From an uncultured Alphaproteobacteria bacterium (GTDB lineage: Bacteria > Pseudomonadota > Alphaproteobacteria > Rs-D84), in assembly GCA_934232895.1 (NCBI GenBank), contig CAKQGH010000001.1, forward strand, positions 3,635 through 67,634: a stretch of 64,000 bases of DNA, given 5' to 3'. This document shows positions 16,892-24,953 of the stretch, in pieces. The notes below the pieces were generated by a model. The model was not told the origin of the DNA and ran no database searches. It saw only the letters and a program-made list of their open reading frames with translations. A program made the position numbers and the translations under genes. Position 1 is the first letter of the stretch. Each line of letters opens with the position of its first letter.

Positions 16892-16932
16892 ATACACCAG
16901 GTGGGAGTTATTCAAACGAAAAGGGAAAAATT

Positions 16933-17334
16933 ATGAACAAAATTTTTGCTTGTATTGCATTATTGGGTTTGGCGGCATGTTGTGGCGCCCCGAATGACAT
17001 TAATAATGACCAGGTTTATTTCGCGTTTGATTCTGCAAAAATCTCGGACCAGGCACGCGACAGTCTGGATGCCCAGGCAAAATATATGAAATTACATCCC
17101 GACCAGAATGTCCGACTGGAGGGTCACTGTGACGAACGCGGTTCCACCGAATACAATTTGGCACTGGGCGCGTTGCGCGCGGGCAATGCCGCACATGTTT
17201 TAATTCGCGACGGAATTGAACCAGAACGCATTAAAACCATTTCATACGGCAAAGAAAACCCACAGTACCCCGGCAGCGGCGAGGAAGTATGGGCAAAAAA
17301 CAGAAATGTCACAACCAAGGTTGTGGAAAAATAA
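16933..17334 (+). CDS. pal: Peptidoglycan-associated lipoprotein (OmpA_C-like)
   Basis: Lipobox LGLAAC; OmpA-like domain VYFAFDSAKI...RLEGHCDERGSTEYNLALGALRA...YGKENP. Confidence 0.88.
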   Translation: MNKIFACIALLGLAACCGAPNDINNDQVYFAFDSAKISDQARDSLDAQAKYMKLHPDQNVRLEGHCDERGSTEYNLALGALRAGNAAHVLIRDGIEPERIKTISYGKENPQYPGSGEEVWAKNRNVTTKVVEK

Positions 17335-17445
17335 AAAAACGGGGCGTCGCCCCGTTTTTTCAAAGTTCAAATACCAAAGTACAAAGTTCAAATAATGTGT
17401 GCGCCGAATGGCGCACTGCTTTATTCATTTGAACTTTGAACTTTT
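17333..17445 (+). terminator. pal terminator plus extended composite hairpin
   Basis: AAAAAAA-CGGGGCG-T-CGCCCCG-TTTTTT (17333..17360); tract 17361..17395; GTGCGCC-GAAT-GGCGCAC (17399..17416); inverted tract 17420..17445. Confidence 0.7.
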
Positions 17446-17484
17446 CTTTTGACCCCGATTTTTTTTTTTACTAATATCCAAATC

Positions 17485-18276
17485 ATGGAAGAAAAGACAG
17501 CGATTTCATTTGCAAATGTGGCCGCCGCGTACGACGGTGGGCGCGATGTTTTAACAGATGTTTCATTTAACATCAATGCGGGTTCATTTTATTTTTTATC
17601 GGGCGCGTCGGGCGCCGGTAAAACCACCCTATTACGGCTGATATACCAATTACACCGGCCGTCGCGTGGGCAAATCAAATTATTTGGCCAATCAACCGAC
17701 GGAATTTCACGCGACGATATTGCGCGTCTGCGCCACAAAATGGCAATTGTATTCCAAGAATATTCTTTGCTGTCGCATTTGACGGTGTTTGACAACATTG
17801 CATTGCCGCTGCGTGTGCGCGGTCTGCCCGATGATAAAATAAAAAAACTGGTGGCCAAGGTTCTGGAATGGGTTGGCCTGGCCAAATATGCCGACGCAAA
17901 CCCAATGGCACTGTCAGGCGGGCAACAACAACGCGTATCGGTTGCGCGTGCGATTATCATCCAGCCGGCGATATTACTGGCCGACGAACCGACCGGCAAT
18001 CTGGACGACGAAAATGCGTCACGATTGATGGAATTGTTTATACAAATGAACAAAATGTTCGGCACGACGATAATTTTGGCCACCCATAATCAAAAATTAA
18101 TGGATACATATAAATTCCCGGTTATTCATGTGGAAAACCACCGGGTCGGTTTTGTTGGCGGCACGAAAAAGGCCCCTGCCCCAGAATCTGATGTGAAAAA
18201 GGTATGGAAGGGCCCCAAACCACAAAACTATTTTTCAGAATTATCAAAACAATTTGACGATATTGGGAACGCGTAA
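17485..18276 (+). CDS. ftsE: Cell-division ABC ATPase FtsE
   Basis: ORF 17449..18276 trimmed to MEEKTAISF; Walker A GASGAGKTT, signature LSGGQQQRV, Walker B ILLADEPTGNLD; about 40-aa C-terminal extension. Confidence 0.85.
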   Translation: MEEKTAISFANVAAAYDGGRDVLTDVSFNINAGSFYFLSGASGAGKTTLLRLIYQLHRPSRGQIKLFGQSTDGISRDDIARLRHKMAIVFQEYSLLSHLTVFDNIALPLRVRGLPDDKIKKLVAKVLEWVGLAKYADANPMALSGGQQQRVSVARAIIIQPAILLADEPTGNLDDENASRLMELFIQMNKMFGTTIILATHNQKLMDTYKFPVIHVENHRVGFVGGTKKAPAPESDVKKVWKGPKPQNYFSELSKQFDDIGNA

Positions 18277-19115
18277 TGAAAACACCTGTTGTATTTTCGC
18301 TGGTGCGCCAGCAATCTGTATTTATGACGGCAATTATGTCATTGCTGACATTTCTGGCGGTGCTGTCGTTGGGAATTGGCCTGGCCATTGGTACCGGCGT
18401 TATGCGTTGGAATACCCAGTGGGATTTATTTGCAACGGTTCAAATAACCGACACAAAAAATGCCGCATCGGTAAAGCAAATTATTACCGACAATCACGAT
18501 AAAATGGCATCTGTTGATGAAATCACAACAACCGAAATGCAAAATTTAATGCGGCCGTGGATGTCATCGGGTGGCGATACATTGAAAAAATACCTGCCAC
18601 AAATGTACGAAATAAAATTCAAATCTAAATCCGATTTGCAATATGTTGAACAGCAAATTTCAAACCGTGCGCGTTTTCTGACACATGCCAACGCATTAAA
18701 AACATCAACCAATGCGGGGTGGTATTTGATTCTGATTTCAACCCTGGTCTTGGCCATGGTGTTGGGAACGATTGGCGTATGCATATCGTACATCGCACGC
18801 AATACCGCAATGCTGCATAAACGCGAATTGGAAATATTAAACCAAATTGGTGCATCCGATTCGTTTGTTGCCCGCCAAATGCAAATTATCGTGGCAAAAA
18901 TATCCGCCACATCGGGCCTGGTTGGCTTTATGGCGGCGGCATTGATTTTGATGATGGTGCTGGGCGCCGCACGCACCGCACGTGTTGGGTTGATGGCGAT
19001 GCTGGGGCTGTCGGCATGGGGATGGTTTGCATTGGCGTTGTTGCCGGTGCTGATTATGTTTTTTGCAATGGAAATTTCGCGGCGCACTACATTAAAGATT
19101 CTTGAAAATAATTGA
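18276..19115 (+). CDS. ftsX: Cell-division permease-like FtsX
   Basis: 279 aa; TM1, large loop, then 3 TM; start overlaps ftsE stop (TAATG). Confidence 0.75.
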   Translation: MKTPVVFSLVRQQSVFMTAIMSLLTFLAVLSLGIGLAIGTGVMRWNTQWDLFATVQITDTKNAASVKQIITDNHDKMASVDEITTTEMQNLMRPWMSSGGDTLKKYLPQMYEIKFKSKSDLQYVEQQISNRARFLTHANALKTSTNAGWYLILISTLVLAMVLGTIGVCISYIARNTAMLHKRELEILNQIGASDSFVARQMQIIVAKISATSGLVGFMAAALILMMVLGAARTARVGLMAMLGLSAWGWFALALLPVLIMFFAMEISRRTTLKILENN

Positions 19116-19624
19116 TGAAAATTTTAACTCCATCTTTGCTGTTATTGGGATTATTCATATTGGGGGGCATCGTGTTCAAATCAGTGGCCCCGACCCAATG
19201 TGGCCCAATACAGTCAAACGACAGCATATTTGTTCTGACCGGTGATATGCGGCGTATACCGTTTGCAATGCGCATTGGGCGCCAATATCCCGACACACAA
19301 ATATACATCATTGGTGTTGGGGCGCCGACATCGTACGAAATGACAAACCGCATCAATGTTGAATCGCAATCGAAATCAACATATCAAAATGCCATCGCCA
19401 TACGCGACATTGTCGCCCGCGAAAACCTGGCCCGCATTGTCGTCATAACGACCGAGGATCATATCAATCGTGCCATATATTTATTGCACGACGAATTACC
19501 AAACACAGACATAGTCGCATGCCCAACGCGACTGTATGGTATGCCGGCACCGCAAAGATTGCAACGCTGGATAACCGAGTATATAAAATACATTGTGACA
19601 ATGATTGGAATCAAGGAAAGTTAA
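19112..19624 (+). CDS. DUF218 (YdcF/ElyC-like) protein
   Basis: 170 aa; N-terminal TM; FVLTGDMRRIPFA...IYIIGVG...VVITTEDHINRAIYLL; ATGA overlap with ftsX. Confidence 0.6.
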   Translation: MMKILTPSLLLLGLFILGGIVFKSVAPTQCGPIQSNDSIFVLTGDMRRIPFAMRIGRQYPDTQIYIIGVGAPTSYEMTNRINVESQSKSTYQNAIAIRDIVARENLARIVVITTEDHINRAIYLLHDELPNTDIVACPTRLYGMPAPQRLQRWITEYIKYIVTMIGIKES

Positions 19625-19634
19625 AGGAACAAAT

Positions 19635-20342
19635 ATGATAAAGACCGTGATATTCAAATTAGTATTGGCAATATATTATGTCGTGTGGTCACCAATTATT
19701 TTACTTGGATTGGTATCCAAGCCACTGAACGATTTTCTGGTGCGGACATGCGCCGGGGGCGTTCTGGTTCTGGCCCGATTGATTGTTGGCATAAAATACG
19801 AAATACATTGTCCCCCGACCGAGGAAAACGGTATTCCATGCACACCAAATGACAATATGCGCCTGGATGGCAAGGCGATAATTGCCGCCAAACACATGTC
19901 TATATTGGAAATAGCCATTTTGGCGACGCATATTCCAAATTCTTTTTTCATTGTAAAACGCGAAATTATATGGTTTCCAATTTATGGATGGGCATTTTGG
20001 CGCATGGGCCTGCAACCGGTGAACCGTGCGCGCGGCGCAACAAATATGCATAAATTGGCAACCAATGTGGCCGAAAAAATTATGGATGGCAAAATTCTGA
20101 TTATTTTCCCCGAGGGCACGCGTGTGAAACCGGGCCAGCACATTTCATTAAAACGTGGTCTGTTGTACCTGGCGCACGAATTAAAATTACCCATTTTGCC
20201 GGTTGGCACCGATGCGGGCCTGTATTGGCCAAAGCATGGCCGTATGCGTGGTGGCACCGCCAATGTTTGGTTTGAACCAATGTTGCCATGCAACGCATCA
20301 CTGGATGAAATCAGCGCGGCAATCAACCGCCACAGTGCATAA
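19635..20342 (+). CDS. plsC: 1-acyl-sn-glycerol-3-phosphate acyltransferase
   Basis: ORF 19605..20342 trimmed to MIKTVIF (AAAGGA upstream); acyltransferase blocks AAKHMSILE and IFPEGTR. Confidence 0.75.
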   Translation: MIKTVIFKLVLAIYYVVWSPIILLGLVSKPLNDFLVRTCAGGVLVLARLIVGIKYEIHCPPTEENGIPCTPNDNMRLDGKAIIAAKHMSILEIAILATHIPNSFFIVKREIIWFPIYGWAFWRMGLQPVNRARGATNMHKLATNVAEKIMDGKILIIFPEGTRVKPGQHISLKRGLLYLAHELKLPILPVGTDAGLYWPKHGRMRGGTANVWFEPMLPCNASLDEISAAINRHSA

Positions 20343-20396
20343 AAGCGCCGCCATCGGGCGGCGCTTTTCAGAGAGCAAAGTGCAGAGAGCAATGGC

Positions 20397-20443
20397 GACA
20401 CCCCGCACGCTATCGCGTGCACCCCGACTCCCCAGAGGGGAAC
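20397..20443 (+). repeat. S repeat copy 3
   Basis: GACACCCCGCACGCTATCGCGTGCACCCCGACTCCCCAGAGGGGAAC; internal hairpin GCACGC-TATC-GCGTGC replaces the shorter CGCC...GGCG hairpin of the other copies. Confidence 0.8.
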
Positions 20444-20466
20444 TTATCCGGCAACAGGAACGTAGT

Positions 20467-20587
20467 AAGTTCTCCTCCTGTGGAGGAGTCCCGCGTAGCG
20501 GGGAGGTGGTCTTTTTTTTATACACATCATCGCGAGCTCTCAAGACCACCCCGTCCTAGCGGACACCCCTCCACCGGAGGGGAACTT
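20467..20587 (+). repeat. M palindromic MITE-like element, short copy (121 bp)
   Basis: AAGTTCTCCTCC-TGT-GGAGGAG...GGGGAGGTGGTCTT...AAGACCACCCC...CCCCTCC-ACC-GGAGGGGAACTT; left half is roughly the reverse complement of the right half. Confidence 0.7.
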
Positions 20588-20658
20588 AGTCCGCGACAAA
20601 AAACAAGTGCGCCATCGGCGCACGTCATTGCTCTCTGCTCTCTGCACTCTGCTCTCTC

Positions 20659-21066
20659 TTACTCGCACCAACCGGCGCGGTGGCCGCCGCCGTATGGTCG
20701 CCCCAATTTTTCATCTATTAAAATTTGCCCCACATCACGGTCGTCAATAAAAACCAGCGCATCAATTCGCCCCAAATATTTATCATCCTTTATCTGGCGC
20801 AAATCGGCCGTTTTGCCAATGGGCAACAATTGTTCCAACCGCGCGCGGGCACGATTTGCATCACGGATTTCAGATTCACATTTGCCATGAATTTCAGGCG
20901 TATCAACATTTCGTATACGAACGCGCACGGTAATTTTTGTATCGTCGGCCAACATAACGCGCCCAGAAAAAGTATCGCCATCAATAATATAATCAACCAC
21001 AACCGGCGTGGCATTTGCCACCCCAATAACAAACAACACAACCAAAAATGAAATTATTTTCCGCAT
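20659..21066 (-). CDS. Secreted thermonuclease (staphylococcal-nuclease-like)
   Basis: Signal peptide; GDTFSGRV...RVRIRNVDTPE...ARARLEQLL...DKYLGRIDALVF pattern of SNase fold. Confidence 0.8.
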   Translation of the reverse strand: MRKIISFLVVLFVIGVANATPVVVDYIIDGDTFSGRVMLADDTKITVRVRIRNVDTPEIHGKCESEIRDANRARARLEQLLPIGKTADLRQIKDDKYLGRIDALVFIDDRDVGQILIDEKLGRPYGGGHRAGWCE

Positions 21067-21123
21067 CTATTATCTATGCTCTATTATCTATTCTCTAAAA
21101 ATGCGCCGTATGGCGCATTTTTT
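21067..21123 (-). terminator. tolB terminator module (hairpin plus low-complexity tract abutting the nuclease ATG)
   Basis: AAAA-ATGCGCC-GTAT-GGCGCAT-TTTTT (21097..21123) next to tolB stop; tract 21067..21096 runs right up to the nuclease start codon. Confidence 0.7.
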
Positions 21124-22441
21124 ATGGCAATTTTGGCGACCATGTTGGTTCAACGCCGTTTACTTCGTCGGGCAATGGAATGTCGTAAACATTTTGCCCA
21201 GTAATATCAACACTGCGAATATGGCTGATGCGTTCAATGCCATCCAGCGCCTTTTCGGTTTCATAGTATACCACCCGGCGCGATCCTGGTGCCCAAGATG
21301 GGGCCTCCATATACCAGCCACCGGCCAATATTTTTTCATTGCGGCCACGTGGGTCCATTATGCCGATATAGAATGTATCGTCCGCCATTTTAGTGAACGC
21401 GATAAACTGGCCATCGGGCGACCACGCCGGTGTCGCATACCGCCCCGCCCCGTATGTCAGGCGCGTTGGTTCCAATTTATCCAAATCCATCACCCATATT
21501 TGTTGGTTGCCACTGCGGTCTGAATTAAACGCCATTTTTTTGCCATCGGGCGAATACGACGGACTGGTGTTCAATGAATTTCCAGATGTCAATTGGCGCA
21601 AAGATTTCTTTTCAATGTCGTATTCATATATATGTGTTAAACCATTTTTCACCAGCGATAATGCAACACGCGACCCATCGGGCGAAAAACGCGGTGCGAA
21701 ATTCATTCCGCCAAATTGCCCCAAACGACGTTGTTCACCGGTGTCCAAATCCAGCGTCCAGACCATTGGGTCATCGTCGCGGAACGACAGGAACACAACC
21801 GTTTGCATATTCGGCGAAAAATGCGGCGACATAACGAATGTATTTTTATCAGACAAATACCGCATTCCATATCCATCTTGGTCCATAATGGCCATACGCT
21901 TTACGCGTTCACCAACCGGTCCCGTTTCGGCAATAAATACTATTTGGGTGTCGAAATAGCCAATCTCGCCCGTTAAACGTTCGTAAATCGCATCGGCCAT
22001 AATATGCGCCAAACGACGCACCGATTTTTTGGACGATACCAGCGATTGCGCCTCGATCTGTTCTTTGCCGGCAACATCCCAAACATAAAATTCCAATTTA
22101 TACCGCCCATCAGATTCCGCGTTCAATGTCGCCTGGACCAATACCTGGGTTTTAATTGCCGCCCATAATCCAAAATTAGGCATATCGCCCATCTTTACAT
22201 ATTCGGGCAACGCATCGTGCGAAACAATACGAAACAGTCCCGTCGATTTCAAATCACGTTCAACAACATCGCGTATCATGGCGGCATCTTTGGACGATGC
22301 GCCCGCCCCCAATTCAAACTTTTGTACGGCAATTGATATAGGCTCGGTCGCACCGGCAATAATATCAACCTTTAATTCCCCACGCGCTGGCAATGCAAAT
22401 GCAACACACAGAATAAACAAAGACAATATCTTTTTGAACAT
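21122..22441 (-). CDS. tolB: Tol-Pal system beta-propeller protein TolB
   Basis: ORF 21122..22459 trimmed to MFKKILSLF (AAAGGA upstream); signal peptide; repeated PxFSPDG blades (PRFSPDGSRVA, PSYSPDGKKMAF, PAWSPDGQFIAF). Confidence 0.9.
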   Translation of the reverse strand: MFKKILSLFILCVAFALPARGELKVDIIAGATEPISIAVQKFELGAGASSKDAAMIRDVVERDLKSTGLFRIVSHDALPEYVKMGDMPNFGLWAAIKTQVLVQATLNAESDGRYKLEFYVWDVAGKEQIEAQSLVSSKKSVRRLAHIMADAIYERLTGEIGYFDTQIVFIAETGPVGERVKRMAIMDQDGYGMRYLSDKNTFVMSPHFSPNMQTVVFLSFRDDDPMVWTLDLDTGEQRRLGQFGGMNFAPRFSPDGSRVALSLVKNGLTHIYEYDIEKKSLRQLTSGNSLNTSPSYSPDGKKMAFNSDRSGNQQIWVMDLDKLEPTRLTYGAGRYATPAWSPDGQFIAFTKMADDTFYIGIMDPRGRNEKILAGGWYMEAPSWAPGSRRVVYYETEKALDGIERISHIRSVDITGQNVYDIPLPDEVNGVEPTWSPKLP

Positions 22442-22596
22442 CACAAATTTCCTTTCCATATTTATACGCGTTTAATTCTATATTCATCCATTCAAAAAAT
22501 CAAACATCTATTATCCGTGCAACATTTTCGCACAACAACACAACCGCCCACACACCGGTCATCACAGCGGTAATTACAGCCGTATTCACATTTGTA

Positions 22597-22624
22597 TTGA
22601 CAAACGCCAATACAATGTTATAGT
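22597..22624 (+). promoter_or_regulatory. Candidate promoter of the antitoxin-like gene
   Basis: TTGACA (22597..22602), 16-nt spacer, TATAGT (22619..22624); AGGAG SD before the ATG at 22670. Confidence 0.4.
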
Positions 22625-22669
22625 CACCTGTAAATACGCCAGTATTGTAGTTAGTATAGGAGTTCGTAT

Positions 22670-22894
22670 ATGCCAAATGTTATGCAGCAATTGTTCATAA
22701 TGAACATAGAATCATTGCTGCGCGAATATGCCGCATACCGCGCGTTTAATAAATCAGATTGCGTTATAAATATGCGGATTCCGCGCCCTATTCTGGACCG
22801 GATAAAACAATTGGCGGACGAGCAACATGTACCATACCAATCGTTAATTTCATCGGTACTGTTTTCACTGGCAAATATCGAAGATAAAAAATAA
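22670..22894 (+). CDS. CopG/BrnA-type antitoxin-like RHH protein (74 aa), no adjacent toxin
   Basis: INMRIPRPILDRIKQLADEQHVPYQSLISSVL resembles the isiRlp..l...K..A...GipYQtLi pattern of CopG-antitoxin/BrnA proteins. Confidence 0.55.
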   Translation: MPNVMQQLFIMNIESLLREYAAYRAFNKSDCVINMRIPRPILDRIKQLADEQHVPYQSLISSVLFSLANIEDKK

Positions 22895-22904
22895 ACAACA
22901 AAAA

Positions 22905-22940
22905 CAAAAAAACAGGCGCCCATCCGGACGCCTGTTTTTG
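22905..22940. terminator. Bidirectional terminator between convergent genes
   Basis: A-run, ACAGGCG...CGCCTGT hairpin (22912..22935), T-run. Confidence 0.6.
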
Positions 22941-22957
22941 AAATTTGAAACGCTTGA

Positions 22958-23308
22958 TTACCAATTACGAATTAAACCCTCGCAACCGATAGAGGCCATA
23001 CCACTCTCGCTCATAAAGAACGACAGAATAATACCGATACCAAACAACATCACAAAGCCGACCAACATACCGGTACCCTTGTCTTTCAAATCGTCTTTTT
23101 TAACCTCGCCTTTAGAGATATAACCCCAGGCCCATCCGGCAATAACAAATGCCGCACCAACGAACGCCAATGTACGCAACGTTGTAAACACACCGTACAT
23201 TTGCTCGATCAATTCACACAGACCATTGCCCCCCGGTGCCGCATGTGCCGACATTGTTGCAAAAATTCCAATCAGTGCAAAATTCGCCTTGTTCAACAAT
23301 TTTTTCAT
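22958..23308 (-). CDS. TrbC/VirB2-like pilin candidate (116 aa)
   Basis: ORF 22958..23359 trimmed to MKKLLNKANF (AAGGAAAAGGGG SD); long signal peptide ...MSAHA, then two hydrophobic helices separated by a K/D-rich loop, the VirB2 architecture. Confidence 0.45.
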   Translation of the reverse strand: MKKLLNKANFALIGIFATMSAHAAPGGNGLCELIEQMYGVFTTLRTLAFVGAAFVIAGWAWGYISKGEVKKDDLKDKGTGMLVGFVMLFGIGIILSFFMSESGMASIGCEGLIRNW

Positions 23309-23380
23309 AGAAAACCCCTTTTCCTTTTGTGGTAATTTTATCATAAATTCCGCCCCCATTCAAATACATTTTATAAACAA

Positions 23381-23455
23381 TTACGCGCACCAAACGGTGC
23401 GCGTAATATCTGTTATCTATTCTCTAAAAAAAATGCGCCGACGGCGCATTTTTTA
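23381..23455 (-). terminator. Terminator module after the lipoprotein gene
   Basis: TTACGCGCACC-AAAC-GGTGCGCGTAA (23381..23406), tract 23407..23425, AAAAAAA-ATGCGCC-GAC-GGCGCAT-TTTTT. Confidence 0.7.
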
Positions 23456-23839
23456 TTATTGTGCGACGATGACATAACGGCGTTTCAGCACAGGCTGACC
23501 ACATGTCGCGCAACCACATGATGGGGCCGAAACCTGAACAGGTTGGGCAACCGTGACTTCGCGTGCCGCCGGGACCAAAATGCGGCGATCGTGACGTGGT
23601 TCCTGGCCCAGGTTATCGCGTTCATACAAATCTGCGCAACGGGTATTGCGATAAACGATTTTCTTGCTGTTGTCCATATCGGAAATTTCACGATTGAAAC
23701 GATGACCTTCTTCGCCGATATAGTATACGCAATCTTCGCCTTCTTGGGAATATTTCACACCACCCTTGTAATAATCATAACTGCCAGCGCAGCCAACCAA
23801 TGCCGTTAAAGCAAAAACAGAAACCAAAGTTTTTTTCAT
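23456..23839 (-). CDS. Hypothetical lipoprotein (127 aa)
   Basis: ORF 23456..23863 trimmed to MKKTLVSVFALTALVGCAGS (lipobox LVGC); C-terminal CGCATCG motif. Confidence 0.6.
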   Translation of the reverse strand: MKKTLVSVFALTALVGCAGSYDYYKGGVKYSQEGEDCVYYIGEEGHRFNREISDMDNSKKIVYRNTRCADLYERDNLGQEPRHDRRILVPAAREVTVAQPVQVSAPSCGCATCGQPVLKRRYVIVAQ

Positions 23840-23969
23840 AATATGTGTCCCTTTGTTAAACACCGTTTTGTTTCTCTGCCATCTCCCGATTCGTGATTCT
23901 ATTGTTGCACAAAATCGCCCGTTGTCAAGTTTTGTTGTAAATTTTCCACGGGCACCCCGGTCACAAATA

Positions 23970-23978
23970 TGGTATAAT
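23970..23978 (+). promoter_or_regulatory. Extended -10 element upstream of fba
   Basis: TGGTATAAT 22 nt before the ATG at 24000; AAAAGGA SD in between. Confidence 0.3.
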
Positions 23979-23999
23979 CACCGCAAAAGGAAATGCACC

Positions 24000-24944
24000 A
24001 TGAAATATTCTGAATTTGGTTTAACAAACACCCGCGCAACATTTGCCGACGCAATTCGTCGCCACTATGCGGTGCCGGCATTTAATTTCTATAATATGGA
24101 AACATTACAGGCAATTTTGTCCGCCGCCCGCGACGCGCGCAGCCCGGTCATACTGGCCGTGTCGGAATCCGCCCTGAAATACATGGGGGGCGATTTGCTG
24201 ATGGGTATGATGCGTGGTGCGAACATTCGCCCGGACGAACGCATAGCATTACACCTGGATCACGGGGCCAGTTTTGACGCATGTCGCACGGCACTGGAAT
24301 CGGGATTTTCATCCGTTATGATTGACGCCAGCAAATTGCCATTTGACGAAAACGTGGAACTGTCGCGTCGCGTTGCCGAATTGGCTCATAAATACGACGC
24401 CTCGGTCGAGGCCGAACTGGGCACAATATCCGGCATCGAAGATGAAAATACATTTTCCGACCATTCCAGTTATACCGACCCCAACGATGTAATAAAATTC
24501 GTGAACGTAACTGGGATTGATTCACTGGCCATCGCCATCGGGACCAGCCACGGCGCATACAAACGCAAAAACGAAAATGAAAAACTGCGCCTGGACATAT
24601 TGGACGAAATCGCAAAACAATTGCCAGAATTTCCACTGGTCTTGCACGGTGCAAGCAGTATTCCGCAACACTTTGTCAAAACCATAAATGAATTTGGTGG
24701 CGCACTGCCCGGGGCATTGGGTATCGACCCGCAACAACTGCGCGCGGCGACCGAAATGAATATTTGCAAAATAAACGTGGACAGCGATTCCCGCCTGGCG
24801 TTCACCGCGGGCGTCCGCGCGACACTGGGCCAACACCCCGAAATGTTTAACCCGCGCGATTTCCTGAAACCCGCCCGCCAAAATATCTATGACAACTGCA
24901 TAGATGAAATCAAAAACATCATGGGATCGGATAACAAATTATAA
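24000..24944 (+). CDS. fba: Class II fructose-bisphosphate aldolase
   Basis: ORF 23853..24944 trimmed to MKYSEFGL; LHLDHG, VMIDAS, EAELGTISGIED, GTSHGAYK, LVLHGASS blocks. Confidence 0.88.
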   Translation: MKYSEFGLTNTRATFADAIRRHYAVPAFNFYNMETLQAILSAARDARSPVILAVSESALKYMGGDLLMGMMRGANIRPDERIALHLDHGASFDACRTALESGFSSVMIDASKLPFDENVELSRRVAELAHKYDASVEAELGTISGIEDENTFSDHSSYTDPNDVIKFVNVTGIDSLAIAIGTSHGAYKRKNENEKLRLDILDEIAKQLPEFPLVLHGASSIPQHFVKTINEFGGALPGALGIDPQQLRAATEMNICKINVDSDSRLAFTAGVRATLGQHPEMFNPRDFLKPARQNIYDNCIDEIKNIMGSDNKL

Positions 24945-24953
24945 AGACACAAA

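Larger units (their letters stand above)
20343..20658. mobile_element. 316-bp composite repeat insertion between convergent plsC and nuclease genes
   Basis: plsC terminator GCGCCGCC-ATCG-GGCGGCGC (20345..20364); tract CAGAGAGCAAAGTGCAGAGAGCAATG (20369..20394) inverted at 20626..20658; holds S copy 3 and M copy 1; hairpin GTGCGCC-ATC-GGCGCAC 20607..20623. Confidence 0.6.

Noticed and set aside
16933-22459. pal and tolB are separated by about 4 kb, lie on opposite strands, and have no tolQRA nearby
   Set aside because: This is unusual relative to the classic tol-pal operon, but gene-order scrambling is evident throughout this window (dnaA/dnaN, gatA/gatB). It is not informative on its own.
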